Below, one piece after another: positions 27,878 to 37,754 of a DNA stretch of 64,000 nucleotides. The notes below the pieces were generated by a model that was not told where the DNA came from, ran no database searches, and was given only the letters and a program-made list of their open reading frames with translations. The position numbers and the translations under genes are program-made. Position 1 is the first letter of the stretch; every line of letters begins with the position of its first letter. The DNA comes from an uncultured Gemmatimonadaceae bacterium. GTDB lineage: Bacteria; Gemmatimonadota; Gemmatimonadetes; Gemmatimonadales; Gemmatimonadaceae. Where the stretch lies: positions 3,104,001 through 3,168,000 of the forward strand of contig CAVXGK010000002.1 in assembly GCA_963761305.1 (NCBI GenBank). Direction: 5' to 3'.

Positions 27878-27956
27878 GAATCCAACTTGCAGCCGGCGCC
27901 CTAGTAGTCGAGCGCGGCGTATCTTTCGACGTTTCGCGCGAACGGAGGCGACGATC

Positions 27957-29183
27957 GTGGCTCAGCCGAATCGGCGACGGACAGTCAGCACCTGGATCGA
28001 CGGCGTACAGGTCGGATCGGCCTCGCCCATCGTAGTGCAATCCATGACCAACACGGACACAGCCGACGCCGTGTCCACGGCCGCACAGGTCGTCGCGCTC
28101 GCCGGCGCCGGGTCACAGCTCGTTCGAGTCACCGTCAACAACGAACCGGCGGCCGCGGCGGTGCCGGAGATCGCGCGGCGCGTGGCCGGCGAAGGCGTGA
28201 CGGTCCCGATCGTCGGGGATTTCCACTACAACGGCCATCTGTTGCTCGTGAAATACCCGGAGTGCGCGTCGACGCTGGCCAAGTATCGCATCAACCCGGG
28301 AAACGTCGGCGGAAAACGGCGCGACGAACACTTCCGCACCATCGTCAAGATCGCCGTCGACAACGGGAAACCGGTTCGCATCGGCGTCAACTGGGGGTCG
28401 CTGGACCAGGATCTTCTCACGACGATGATGGACGAGAACGCGCACGCCGACTCGCCTCGTGATGCGCACGACGTCTACATCGAGGCCATGCTCGCGAGCG
28501 CGCTGCGCTCGGCCGAATTGGCCGAGGACGTCGGCCTGGGCCATGACCGCATCATCATTTCGGCCAAGGTGTCTGGCGTGCAGGAGCTCGTCGACGTGTA
28601 TCGTCGGCTCGCCGCACGCTGCGACTACCCGCTGCATCTCGGGCTCACCGAAGCCGGGATGGGCACCAAGGGCGTCGTCGCCAGCACGGCGGGCTTGTCC
28701 ATTTTGTTGGCGGAAGGCATTGGCGACACCATTCGCGTGTCGCTTACGCCGCGACCGAACGGCGACCGCACCGAGGAGGTGCTCGTCGCGCAGCAGATCC
28801 TCCAGTCGCTTGGCCTGCGGAGCTTCGCGCCGCAGGTGACGGCTTGTCCTGGCTGCGGCCGAACGACGTCCACGTTCTTTCAGCAGATGGCCGAGGACAT
28901 TCAGATGTACATTCGCGACCAGATGCCGGCGTGGCGCGAACGCCACAAGGGCGTCGAGGAGTTGCGCGTGGCCGTCATGGGCTGCGTCGTGAACGGACCC
29001 GGCGAATCGAAGCACGCGAACATCGGGATCTCGCTGCCGGGATCGTTCGAGGAACCGAAGGCGCCGGTGTACGTCGACGGCCAGCTGTTCACGACGCTCA
29101 AGGGCGACGCGATTGTTCAGGAGTTTCTAAAAATTCTCGACGACTACGTCGCCGCGCGCTATCGCGAGACCGCGGCAGTCTGA
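27957..29183 (+). CDS. ispG: (E)-4-hydroxy-3-methylbut-2-enyl-diphosphate synthase
   Basis: [56 protein letters not shown]. Confidence 0.97.
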   Translation: MAQPNRRRTVSTWIDGVQVGSASPIVVQSMTNTDTADAVSTAAQVVALAGAGSQLVRVTVNNEPAAAAVPEIARRVAGEGVTVPIVGDFHYNGHLLLVKYPECASTLAKYRINPGNVGGKRRDEHFRTIVKIAVDNGKPVRIGVNWGSLDQDLLTTMMDENAHADSPRDAHDVYIEAMLASALRSAELAEDVGLGHDRIIISAKVSGVQELVDVYRRLAARCDYPLHLGLTEAGMGTKGVVASTAGLSILLAEGIGDTIRVSLTPRPNGDRTEEVLVAQQILQSLGLRSFAPQVTACPGCGRTTSTFFQQMAEDIQMYIRDQMPAWRERHKGVEELRVAVMGCVVNGPGESKHANIGISLPGSFEEPKAPVYVDGQLFTTLKGDAIVQEFLKILDDYVAARYRETAAV

Positions 29184-29193
29184 GCGGCGACGC

Positions 29194-29823
29194 TCAGGGC
29201 GCGACCGGCTGATCGCTTTGCGCCGCCGCCTCGAGCGCGGCGACCACCATCTCGAGCTCGGCCATGATCTCGGCGCGAAACCCCACCACGCGTAGCCGGT
29301 CGACGGCGCGCCGGTAGGCACGGACCGTCTCCGCCGGGCCAGCGGCAAAGCGCGTCCAGACCGTACCCGGATCGATTGTCCGGCGAAGGTCGGCGAGCAG
29401 CGTGCCGGCGTTGTGCAACACGTGCGCGGCGGAGACCCAACGCGCGGACTCGCTCGCATCGGCGAGTCGCGCCAGCGCGTCCTCGCGGCGCTCGTCCGGC
29501 GCCAGCTCGATCCCGTCGTCGTCGAAACGACGCTCGATCACTTCCAGCGCCAGCGCGAGCGATGGCTCGCCGAACTTTCCGGCGATACGCTGGTCCAACG
29601 TCTCGCGTGACTGTCCTTGCTGGACGGAATCCTCGACGACCTCGAAGAGAATCCCGGCGACGACGTCAGTGTCGTCTCGCTGATAGCGCGTCAGGATGAT
29701 CGCGACATTCGCGGGGTGCGTAGAGTACGGCGCACGCGTTCCTCGACGCACCTGCTGATCGTGGTGCTTGGCGGCAAACGCCAGCGCATGGTTCACGCGA
29801 TCAGAGTAGCCGGGTGCGGTCAT
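29194..29823 (-). CDS. RelA/SpoT-type HD-domain protein (Mesh1/SAH-like) with degenerate HD motif
   Basis: ALAFAAKHH.QQVRRG..PYSTHP..VA; AGILFEVVED where HDVVED is expected. Confidence 0.8.
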   Translation of the reverse strand: MTAPGYSDRVNHALAFAAKHHDQQVRRGTRAPYSTHPANVAIILTRYQRDDTDVVAGILFEVVEDSVQQGQSRETLDQRIAGKFGEPSLALALEVIERRFDDDGIELAPDERREDALARLADASESARWVSAAHVLHNAGTLLADLRRTIDPGTVWTRFAAGPAETVRAYRRAVDRLRVVGFRAEIMAELEMVVAALEAAAQSDQPVAP

Positions 29824-29857
29824 GGCCAGATCAGCCTACTCACCGTGTACGGGTGCG

Positions 29858-30352
29858 TCAACCACGACCTTCTCCCGCGAACCACCGGACGATGCGCTCG
29901 AGACCGTCGGCGTCGGCTTGGTCGAACGCGGCGCGACGCTCCGAATCGATGTCGAGCACGGCGATCAGCGACGCCGAACGGTCGAACACCGGGACGACGA
30001 TTTCCGATTTCGCGCGCGCGTCGCACGCGATATGGCCCGGAAACCGTGAAACGTCCGGTACGATCACGGTGCGGCGTTCGGCCGCAGCCGTTCCGCATAC
30101 GCCGCGGCCAAACGCGATCTCCAGACAGCCGAGCGTGCCCTGATAGGGACCCACGCGCAGCAGTTGCGGCCCCACGACGCGATAGAATCCCGTCCACAGA
30201 TGGCCGAACGAGTGTTGGAGCAGCGAAGCGAGCGTCGCCATCGCGGTGACCTCGTCGTCGACGCCCGTGAGGACGGCGATCAACTGCGCATGGAGAAGAC
30301 CGTAGGCGCGATCGCGAGGTTCCCGCCGCAAGTCCATCATCGTCTCACTCAT
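29858..30352 (-). CDS. msrC: GAF-domain free methionine-R-sulfoxide reductase-like protein
   Basis: WTGFY, GPYQGTLGC, GRGVCG, FPGHIACD, SEIVVP, LDIDS. Confidence 0.85.
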   Translation of the reverse strand: MSETMMDLRREPRDRAYGLLHAQLIAVLTGVDDEVTAMATLASLLQHSFGHLWTGFYRVVGPQLLRVGPYQGTLGCLEIAFGRGVCGTAAAERRTVIVPDVSRFPGHIACDARAKSEIVVPVFDRSASLIAVLDIDSERRAAFDQADADGLERIVRWFAGEGRG

Positions 30353-30358
30353 CGCTGG

Positions 30359-30787
30359 TCACCTCGAGATCGCGGCCGCAAGCTGGAGGTCGAGGATGAG
30401 CAGCGCAGCGCCCTGCAGGGCGAGTCCAGCGCCCGCGCCCATCCCCGCCAGACTGCGCCCGAGGATTCGCGACGCGCTCGCCAGCACGACTCCCATTCCC
30501 ACGATGCCGGCGTCGAAACCGGCCCGCGCCCACGTCGCGCGCTCGAAGCGCGTCGCGCTCGCCAGGTCACGCAGGTGAAGGCCCTGCCACCTCAGCGTTG
30601 CAATCACACCCAACACCAGGCCCCAACCGCCGAGCTGCAGGGCGAACTGCGCAAGGATCGGCGATTTGAGCCGTCGCACAGCAAGAGAAGCCGCGATCGC
30701 CGTCGCGGCAACGACCGACAGCGCAGCCCAGGCGAGTGTGCGCGCGACGTACTGCCGCTCGGCGTTCAGAATGGTGTCGGCCCACAC
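30359..30787 (-). CDS. hypothetical membrane protein (about 4 TM)
   Basis: several hydrophobic segments; GAGG RBS before GTG; tight spacing with neighbours. Confidence 0.7.
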   Translation of the reverse strand: MWADTILNAERQYVARTLAWAALSVVAATAIAASLAVRRLKSPILAQFALQLGGWGLVLGVIATLRWQGLHLRDLASATRFERATWARAGFDAGIVGMGVVLASASRILGRSLAGMGAGAGLALQGAALLILDLQLAAAISR

Positions 30788-30839
30788 GCCTCGGATGGTA
30801 GTCGCGCGTCTCCCGGGCAGGAAGCGCGCGACTCTCGGC

Positions 30840-32576
30840 TCAGTGGTTTCGCGTCAGCGCTCGCATCTCTGCCGTCTGCAGCGGGCGCCGACTGACTCCC
30901 ACTCGCTCCGGCGCCAACGGCGGCGGCGGAATGCCGTCCCACAGCACCACGCCGAGCGGCGTGCCGCCGCCCTGGCGCACGCCGTCGAGTGCTCGCTTGA
31001 GATCAGCGAGCCTCGTGTGACCGATGCGCGCGCAGACGACGACATCCGGAACGGGGAGCGCACCGGCAAGACCAGCGGCCGCTTGTTCCAGCGTCGAAAC
31101 CAGCACGATCGCCTCGTAGTGACGCGCGAGGCGAATCGCCTCCTGTCGAAACAGTTCCGACAACGCCGCCACGTCGAGCGGCGTGGGAGATGTGCCGCTC
31201 GGGATGACGTCGATGGTCCGATCGCGACCAGCCATTGTTTGCGTTGTCACTTCCGCCCAGTCGATGTTTGACCGAAGAACGTCGGCGACTCCAGGCTCGG
31301 CGTGACAGCGAAGCGCCGCGGCGAGCGGCAACGATTGCGCGTCGGTGTCGATGAGAATGGTGCTGCGTGCCTCGTCCGCCGCGATGGCGGCGACGTTCAT
31401 GCCGACCACGGCCGCGATGCTCGTCTCCGCGCCGGTGACGGTCAAGGACAGCCGCGTCGCCCCGGGGCGGACGACATGCAAGTAGGTCAGCTGATAACTC
31501 GGCGCACGCGGGTCGAAGTAGGGAGGTGCAATCCGATCGGCGAGCCGGCGGTCGCGGTTTGGGTCGCGGGGACGCCGCGACGCCGTAGCGAGCACTCTGA
31601 CGCCGGTCACGCGCTCGACCTCGTGTTCATCGCTGATGCGCGGGTGGCTCATCTCGCCAAAGAACGCGGTCCCGAACCCGAGAACCACGCCGATGACGAG
31701 CGCCGCGCCGAGCAGGGCGACTGGCGGCGCGCTCACCTGGGACGTCGCGCGTTCGCGCGCGCTCTCGCGATCGTAGTCCTCCGCTCTTCGGCGCGCCCCG
31801 ACGAGCGCCGTGTCCGCGTCGACGACCAATGATTGCGCCGAGTCCCGCTCAGCGGCCCAACCGGCAGTATCGGTGATTTGCGCGACCGGTGTCAGCTGTG
31901 GTTCGCCTGCCACGCCGATGGCGGCGGCTGATTGACGAAGCGAGTCCCGCGTCGCACGACCGATCGCTTGGATCGCCTGGCCGACGGCGGTCACCCGGGC
32001 CGAGAGAGTCGCGGCGGCGGAATCGCCGCCACCCGGCAGACCGAATGCTTCGCGCTCACGTTCGAGCTCGTTGAGCGAATCGAGGAGTGTCCTGACGCGC
32101 GGCGCGGCTGCGAGCGGCGGGGACTGCGCCAGCGCCCTGTATGACGCCACGACAGGTGCGGTCTCGATTCTCGTGAGCAGCGCATCGAGGTTCCCCGCCG
32201 CCGCCGAGAGTGAGTCCCGCGTAACCAAAGTGAGACTGACGGTCGACGCGCCGGGCGACGGCGCCATCGCCGCGGACCGCGCCCGTGCGAGCGCCGACTC
32301 GACCGACGCCAGTCGCGCGCGCGCCTGCACCACAGCGGTGGCGGGGAGCGCGGTGTCCGGCCGGACCGCTCGCGACGCAGAGAGGGGCGAAGCGGATCGC
32401 CGCGCCTGGAACGGCGTGATCACGAGCGACACGAGGACGGCGACGAACGCGCCGACACCAACTGCGCCGATGAAAATCGGCCGATTGACGGCGTTCCTCG
32501 CGCGAGCCGTGAGCCAGGCGTTCCGCGAAGTTCCGCGATGGTGGGACGCCGAGGACTGGCTGGGCGGGTGCGTCAT
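30840..32576 (-). CDS. Wzc/polysaccharide co-polymerase-like protein with degenerate kinase domain
   Basis: TM-coil-TM, RISDEHEVERVTGVRVL, LIDTD, PGVADVL, VIPSG; no GK(S/T) Walker A. Confidence 0.72.
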   Translation of the reverse strand: MTHPPSQSSASHHRGTSRNAWLTARARNAVNRPIFIGAVGVGAFVAVLVSLVITPFQARRSASPLSASRAVRPDTALPATAVVQARARLASVESALARARSAAMAPSPGASTVSLTLVTRDSLSAAAGNLDALLTRIETAPVVASYRALAQSPPLAAAPRVRTLLDSLNELEREREAFGLPGGGDSAAATLSARVTAVGQAIQAIGRATRDSLRQSAAAIGVAGEPQLTPVAQITDTAGWAAERDSAQSLVVDADTALVGARRRAEDYDRESARERATSQVSAPPVALLGAALVIGVVLGFGTAFFGEMSHPRISDEHEVERVTGVRVLATASRRPRDPNRDRRLADRIAPPYFDPRAPSYQLTYLHVVRPGATRLSLTVTGAETSIAAVVGMNVAAIAADEARSTILIDTDAQSLPLAAALRCHAEPGVADVLRSNIDWAEVTTQTMAGRDRTIDVIPSGTSPTPLDVAALSELFRQEAIRLARHYEAIVLVSTLEQAAAGLAGALPVPDVVVCARIGHTRLADLKRALDGVRQGGGTPLGVVLWDGIPPPPLAPERVGVSRRPLQTAEMRALTRNH

Positions 32577-32630
32577 GTCTCGAAGTCTGTCATGTCACGG
32601 GTGCCGGTGCCACCGAGCTTGCTTGAAGTC

Positions 32631-32661
32631 AAAAGCGCGGGGCCGATTGGCCCCGCGCTTT
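32631..32661 (-). terminator. intrinsic terminator of the cupredoxin gene
   Basis: AAAAGCGCGGGGCC gatt GGCCCCGCGCTTT. Confidence 0.8.
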
Positions 32662-32683
32662 GACTGTGCTCGACCGTTCCGCG

Positions 32684-33190
32684 TTACTGAACGGTGATCG
32701 TCCCCTTCATGTTCATCGCGAGGTGCGGTGTGCAGTGGTACTCGTACTTGCCGGGCTTCACGCCGCCAAACGAGATCGTGTAGGCGTCGTTCGGGTTCAT
32801 GAGGTTCGGGCTCATCAGCTCGCCGGCCTTTTCGTCCATATTCGCGTCGAGCTGGGACTTCGACGTTGGGTCGGAGATCGTCGAGGGGTCGAACGACACG
32901 CTGTGGGGCCCGCCGCCGACCATGATGAACTTCACGGCGTCGCCGGACTTGATCGTGAGATCGGCTGGCTCGAAGCGATATCCCTTCTCATCGCCGATCA
33001 TCTTGACTTCATGCGTCGCGCCCGTCGCCGGGATCTTGGCCACCGCTCCGGCCGCCGGGGCCGGGGTTGCGGCGGGAGCCGCTGCTGCAGCCGGCGCCGT
33101 GGCCGCTGAGTCTTTTGCCTTATTCTCGCCGCCGCCACAGGCGCCGATGAGAGTCGCGCTCGCGAGGAGCGCAATTCCGCTAAACCGCAT
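32684..33190 (-). CDS. plastocyanin/azurin-family blue copper lipoprotein
   Basis: lipobox LIGAC; FEPADLTI, GPHSV, YHCTPHLAMNM type-1 Cu ligands. Confidence 0.93.
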   Translation of the reverse strand: MRFSGIALLASATLIGACGGGENKAKDSAATAPAAAAAPAATPAPAAGAVAKIPATGATHEVKMIGDEKGYRFEPADLTIKSGDAVKFIMVGGGPHSVSFDPSTISDPTSKSQLDANMDEKAGELMSPNLMNPNDAYTISFGGVKPGKYEYHCTPHLAMNMKGTITVQ

Positions 33191-33252
33191 TGCTGGGAAC
33201 CTCCGGAGTGCCTAGCTGGTCGTGGTTTGGAGCACTACGAGAACTGCGGAGA

Positions 33253-33270
33253 ATGTGAATTTATTCACAA
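33253..33270. promoter_or_regulatory. Rex- or CRP-type operator
   Basis: ATGTGAATTTATTCACAA matches TGTGAA-N4-TTCACA (Rex) and TGTGA-N6-TCACA (CRP). Confidence 0.75.
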
Positions 33271-33323
33271 GGCCAAGTTCGCGCAACGCGGGCTCGTCTT
33301 AGCCAGGCAGCGTACCTTGTCTC

Positions 33324-34022
33324 ATGCTCGTCGTCCCCAAACTCGAGCTCACCGGTGGCGCCTGTGCGCGCGTTGGCGACGCGGGCGCGTTCGGATCGGA
33401 CGAACCACTCACCGTGATGCATGCCTGGGCGGCCGAAGGGTTCGCGCGACTGCAGGTCGTCGACCGCGATGCGCTGGCCGGCCGGGGGTCCAACATGCCG
33501 CTGATCGAGGTCATCGGACGCGACGGAAGCATTGACGTCGATCTGGTCATTGGTGCCGAATCCACCGACCAGATCGAGGCATGCCTCGACGCCGGCGCAA
33601 GTCGTGTCGTGCTGGGTCCCCGCGCGCTCGCCGAGCCCGATTGGCTCGGGTCGGTGGCTGACTGTTTTCCGGGCGCGCTCATCGTCGAGACGAGCGTTCG
33701 GGAACGCCGAGTGGTGACGCGTGGATGGGTCCGCACGCTCCCCGTCGACCTGCTCGACCTCGTCGACGATCTCGCCGGCGTTCCGCTCGCCGGCATGCTG
33801 GTCAGATCGCTGGACGGCGCCGCGGGAGACGGTCTCGAGCTCGCCTTTCTCGAGGACGTCGCGGATGCCTGCGGATTGCCCGTCTTCGTCGAAGAGACGC
33901 GCCCGACCATGAACGATCTACGCGCGTTCGAGCATCGCGGGCTCGCCGGAGTCGTTGTGCCGGGCGCGGTGCTCGCGACGCTGCTCGACGCCCGCTTCGT
34001 CGCGAGCGAATTCGGAGCCTGA
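33324..34022 (+). CDS. HisA-like TIM-barrel protein, divergent
   Basis: GFARLQVVDRDA..GSN..LI, CLDAGASRVVLG, VVTRGW; catalytic and phosphate motifs altered. Confidence 0.72.
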   Translation: MLVVPKLELTGGACARVGDAGAFGSDEPLTVMHAWAAEGFARLQVVDRDALAGRGSNMPLIEVIGRDGSIDVDLVIGAESTDQIEACLDAGASRVVLGPRALAEPDWLGSVADCFPGALIVETSVRERRVVTRGWVRTLPVDLLDLVDDLAGVPLAGMLVRSLDGAAGDGLELAFLEDVADACGLPVFVEETRPTMNDLRAFEHRGLAGVVVPGAVLATLLDARFVASEFGA

Positions 34023-34024
34023 GC

Positions 34025-35347
34025 TCAGAACTGCGCCATCAAGTCGCGCGGCAGCGCGTCGAGTTTGCCGAGATAGACGAATCGGAAATCGTGCATGTAC
34101 GTGTTCGCCACACGACGAACGTCCTCCGGCCGCACGCGCCGGAGATCGTCGATGAAGTTGTTCGCCGAGCGATAGTCGCCGTCGTAGATCTGCGCGCGCG
34201 CCAGGAACGTGGCTTGGTCGCCGTTCGTCTCGTTGCGCAGGAAGTACTCGGTGATGAACTGCTGAACGAGCCGTTCCAGACCGTCGGGGTCGAGCAGCTC
34301 GCGTTGGATTCGGGTTATCTCCTCGCGCATTTGCGTGAGCGTCGCCTTGGGATCGACGGTGGTGACGTACACGCCTCCGCTGGCGACCGCCCGCTCGACG
34401 AACGGCGCATCGACTTCGTACGAGAGATTTCGCCGAGACCGGATCTCGGTGAAGAACCGACCGGACAACACGGCTGACGCGACGCGCAAGGCCTGGTAGT
34501 CGGGGCTTCGCGCCGGCGGGCCCGGGTAATAGCCGAGGAGATAATTGGTCGGAAGCGGCATCGCGCGTGCGACGAGCGCCCGACCGACGGACCGGGACAC
34601 GCCGGGCGCCGTCCACGTGTACGAGCCGCGCGGGAGTCTGCCGATCGTTCGCTGAACCAGATCTTCGATGTGGCCTCGGTCGACGTTGCCGACGACGACC
34701 AGCAGCATCCGCGACGTCACCATCTGAGTTTCCTGATAGCGCTTCAGCTGCCCGAGCGTGATCGATTGCAGCGACCGGTCGGTCCCGCCGGGATCGAAGC
34801 CATACGGCTGACCCACGTACGCGAGGCTGTCGGCGAGGCGGTTGAGGAGCGCGTCTGGAGCGCTCTCCTCTTCGCGTGCCGACGTCACCATCCGCTCACG
34901 CACGAGCTCGACCTCGCCGGAGTCGAGCGTCGGTTCCATCAGCCGGTTGGCGAGGACGTTCCACACGGAATCGAATGACGTGCGGATGCACGTGGTGCCG
35001 AACACCGTCCAGTCGTCCGACGCCGTGATCGAGATGGCACAGCCGGACCTCGCGGTGGCCTGTCGGACTCTCTCGCCCGGATAGCGCTTCGTCCCGCTCT
35101 CCGACGCACGAAGGAGCATGACCTCGATGCCCTGTGTGGCCGGCGTGAGCTGCTGGGTGCCGCCGAGCAAATACACATTCGCCGCGATGACGTCGTTGGC
35201 CGTGTTGCGGCGAAGAATCACCTTCAGGCCGTTCACGTCGAAGCTGGTCGTCGACGTATCCGTCTGGGCGCGCGCCGGTGCCGCGCCGGCCCCACCGATC
35301 CCCAACACGATTGCCGCGACGAGACCGATCAGCCTGTTCGCGCTCAT
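34025..35347 (-). CDS. M16 peptidase non-catalytic subunit (exported)
   Basis: signal peptide, NGLKVIL, LVVVGNV, LSGRFFTEIRSRRNLSY; no HxxEH; ATGA-coupled to the upstream M16 gene. Confidence 0.85.
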   Translation of the reverse strand: MSANRLIGLVAAIVLGIGGAGAAPARAQTDTSTTSFDVNGLKVILRRNTANDVIAANVYLLGGTQQLTPATQGIEVMLLRASESGTKRYPGERVRQATARSGCAISITASDDWTVFGTTCIRTSFDSVWNVLANRLMEPTLDSGEVELVRERMVTSAREEESAPDALLNRLADSLAYVGQPYGFDPGGTDRSLQSITLGQLKRYQETQMVTSRMLLVVVGNVDRGHIEDLVQRTIGRLPRGSYTWTAPGVSRSVGRALVARAMPLPTNYLLGYYPGPPARSPDYQALRVASAVLSGRFFTEIRSRRNLSYEVDAPFVERAVASGGVYVTTVDPKATLTQMREEITRIQRELLDPDGLERLVQQFITEYFLRNETNGDQATFLARAQIYDGDYRSANNFIDDLRRVRPEDVRRVANTYMHDFRFVYLGKLDALPRDLMAQF

Positions 35348-36729
35348 TGCCGGGTTCCCGTCTCGATGAGGTCGGCCGTCGTGAGGTTGAGGGACCGGCG
35401 CGCAGCAGGCGAAATGAGAACGCCCGTGACGTGCGGCTTGCCCACGATGTATTTGGCGGCGTACGCCGCGAGATCGGCGGGGCGCTGTTTCGCCATGTTG
35501 TCGACGTACCCGAAGAAGTAGTCGAGCCCCGTAACGGCCCACCAAAAGCCGATCTGGTGCGCGAAGCCAGACGCGCGCTCGAGCTGGAGCTCGGTGTCCA
35601 CGGTGCGCCGCTGTTTGACGGCGTCGAGCTGGTCGGCGGCGAAGTAGCCCGGGTCGCCGACTTTGCTCAACTCGTCGCGCAACGACGCCAGCGCTTGTTT
35701 GAGGTGCTGCGGTGTGGTTTCGCCTTCGACGGTGATCGGGCCGACGTGATTGAGCGTGTAGTAGTTCACGCCGACGGACTCGAACAATCCGCTGTCGACC
35801 AAACGGCGCTGAAATCTGGAACCGGGTTGATTGAGAACGTCGGAAAAGACGTCGGCGGCGTAGGTGGACGCCGGGTCCGCCGTCGCGCCGGGCCCTTGCC
35901 ACTGCAGCATGATGATCACACCACCGATCTCCTGCTCGGCGATCACCGCCGTGTCGCGAGTCAACGGCGGAATGGGCGGAATCGGCTCGGTGGTGAACGG
36001 ATCCGGTCCTTTTGACCATCCACCGAACACCGAGTGCGCGAGAAAGAACGCGCGGTCGGGGGCGATGTCGCCGGTCACGATGATCGCGGTGTTGTTGGGG
36101 ATGTAGTACCGCTTTTCGATCGTCCGCATCTTGTCGGGCGTCGTGCTCTCGATGACGGCGCGTTCGCCGAGGGGATTCTTGCGGCTCCACGCCGAACTCC
36201 AGAGCGCCTTACCCATGTCTTGAGAGAATCCGAACATCGGATTCGACTCGTTTCGGTCATATTCGCCGATCACAACCTGACGCTCGCGCTCCAGCTCGTC
36301 CGTGCGGAACTCGGGGTACATCAGCGCCTCGGCCAAGAACTTCATCCCGCCTTCGACGCTGTCCGCCGGAACCGTGAGGTAGTAGTTGACGCGCTCTTCA
36401 CTGGTCGTGCCGTTGAACGACGCGCCCAAGTCCGAGGCGCGCGCCACGAATTGGTCGGGATTCGGATACGCTTTATTCGCCTTGAAGAACATGTGCTCGT
36501 AGAGGTGCGACAGTCCCTCGTATGCCGGGCCCTGTGTGAACGAGCCGTTCTTCACGTCGGCTTCGATCGTCACCAGCGGCACACCGGGATTGCGCACCAC
36601 GATCACGTCGAGGCCGTTCGGCAACGTCCGGCGCTGAATGAGGCGTTCGAGCTCGGCGCGCTGCGCCGCGAGGAGCGACGGCGCCAGAATGGCCAATGCG
36701 ATCGCGACGGCGCCCCACGTTCGGACCAT
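35344..36729 (-). CDS. M16 (pitrilysin-like) zinc peptidase, catalytic subunit
   Basis: LPNGL, GLSHLYEHMFF (HxxEH), FNGTT, YYIPNN. Confidence 0.92.
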   Translation of the reverse strand: MVRTWGAVAIALAILAPSLLAAQRAELERLIQRRTLPNGLDVIVVRNPGVPLVTIEADVKNGSFTQGPAYEGLSHLYEHMFFKANKAYPNPDQFVARASDLGASFNGTTSEERVNYYLTVPADSVEGGMKFLAEALMYPEFRTDELERERQVVIGEYDRNESNPMFGFSQDMGKALWSSAWSRKNPLGERAVIESTTPDKMRTIEKRYYIPNNTAIIVTGDIAPDRAFFLAHSVFGGWSKGPDPFTTEPIPPIPPLTRDTAVIAEQEIGGVIIMLQWQGPGATADPASTYAADVFSDVLNQPGSRFQRRLVDSGLFESVGVNYYTLNHVGPITVEGETTPQHLKQALASLRDELSKVGDPGYFAADQLDAVKQRRTVDTELQLERASGFAHQIGFWWAVTGLDYFFGYVDNMAKQRPADLAAYAAKYIVGKPHVTGVLISPAARRSLNLTTADLIETGTRQ

Positions 36730-36790
36730 TGCGGATCCGCGCGCCCGCCGTGGCGCGCGCGTCGTCTCGTGACTTTCTTTATTCCCGACC

Positions 36791-37747
36791 ATGGCCGGCT
36801 CTGATCTCCCGTCTGTCGAACGTCTCGCCGCTCGCTTGAACGGCGCGTTTCTCCGACGCCACCAACCGATCGCGCCGTACACCACGTTCCGAATCGGCGG
36901 ACCCGCCGATCTGTTCTACGACGCGACTTCGGCCGGCGCGCTGGCCGATGCGGTCGTTGCCGCTCGCGAAACCGGTGTACCCTACTTCGTGCTGGGGCTC
37001 GGCGCCAACATCCTCGTTGGCGACCGAGGGTTTCGCGGACTCGTGATTCGCAACGCGGCCCGGGCTCACGAGTTCCGCGAAATGGGTGACGAGTGCAAGC
37101 TCCGGTCCGAGAGCGGCGCGATCGTGAAAGACCTGATTCGCGAATCCGTCGCCAAAGGCTGGTCCGGGCTGGAGCATTACGTCGGCATCCCGAGCACGGT
37201 CGGCGGCGCGATCTGGCAGAATCTCCATTTCCTGTCGCCCGCCCCGGAACGCGAGCGCACGATGTTCATCGCCGAAGTGTTCGAGTCGTGCGAGATCCTT
37301 TCCGAAGAGGGTGAGCGTAAGACGGTCGGACCCGACTACGTCCGCTTCGGCTACGACGACACCGTCTTTCATCACCGGCGCGACATCGTGCTCGAGGCGA
37401 CCTTTCGTTTGAGCCGCGGCGACCAGGCGGCGCTGCACCGGATTCTCCAGGAGAATCTGAGCTGGCGCGGAAGCCGTCATCCATGGCTCGATTGGCATCC
37501 GAGCGCGGGATCGATCTTCAAGAAAATCGAAGGCGTCGGAGCGGGGCGTCTCGTCGATCAATGCGGCCTCAAGGGATTCCGACAGGGCGGCGCGCAGATT
37601 TCGCACATTCACGCCAACATTCTGGTCAACCTCGGCGGTGCCACCGCGAAGGACGTTCGCGAGTTGATCGCGATCGCGCAGCGCGCGGTCGAGGAGCAGT
37701 GCGGCGTTCACCTCGAGCCCGAGATCGGATTCGTCGGCGAATTCTGA
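36791..37747 (+). CDS. murB: UDP-N-acetylmuramate dehydrogenase
   Basis: TTFRIGGPAD, LGLGANILV, GIPSTVGGA, PSAGSIFK, HANILVNLG, LEPEI. Confidence 0.95.
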   Translation: MAGSDLPSVERLAARLNGAFLRRHQPIAPYTTFRIGGPADLFYDATSAGALADAVVAARETGVPYFVLGLGANILVGDRGFRGLVIRNAARAHEFREMGDECKLRSESGAIVKDLIRESVAKGWSGLEHYVGIPSTVGGAIWQNLHFLSPAPERERTMFIAEVFESCEILSEEGERKTVGPDYVRFGYDDTVFHHRRDIVLEATFRLSRGDQAALHRILQENLSWRGSRHPWLDWHPSAGSIFKKIEGVGAGRLVDQCGLKGFRQGGAQISHIHANILVNLGGATAKDVRELIAIAQRAVEEQCGVHLEPEIGFVGEF

Positions 37748-37754
37748 AACGCGT

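Noticed and set aside
27860..27900. tRNA-like antisense signature (frame reads GQESNLQP)
   Set aside because: No cloverleaf or GTTCRA T-loop; better explained as the csp promoter
34025..36729. M16 subunit lacking HxxEH as a novel pseudo-enzyme
   Set aside because: Active/inactive M16 heterodimer pairs are well known
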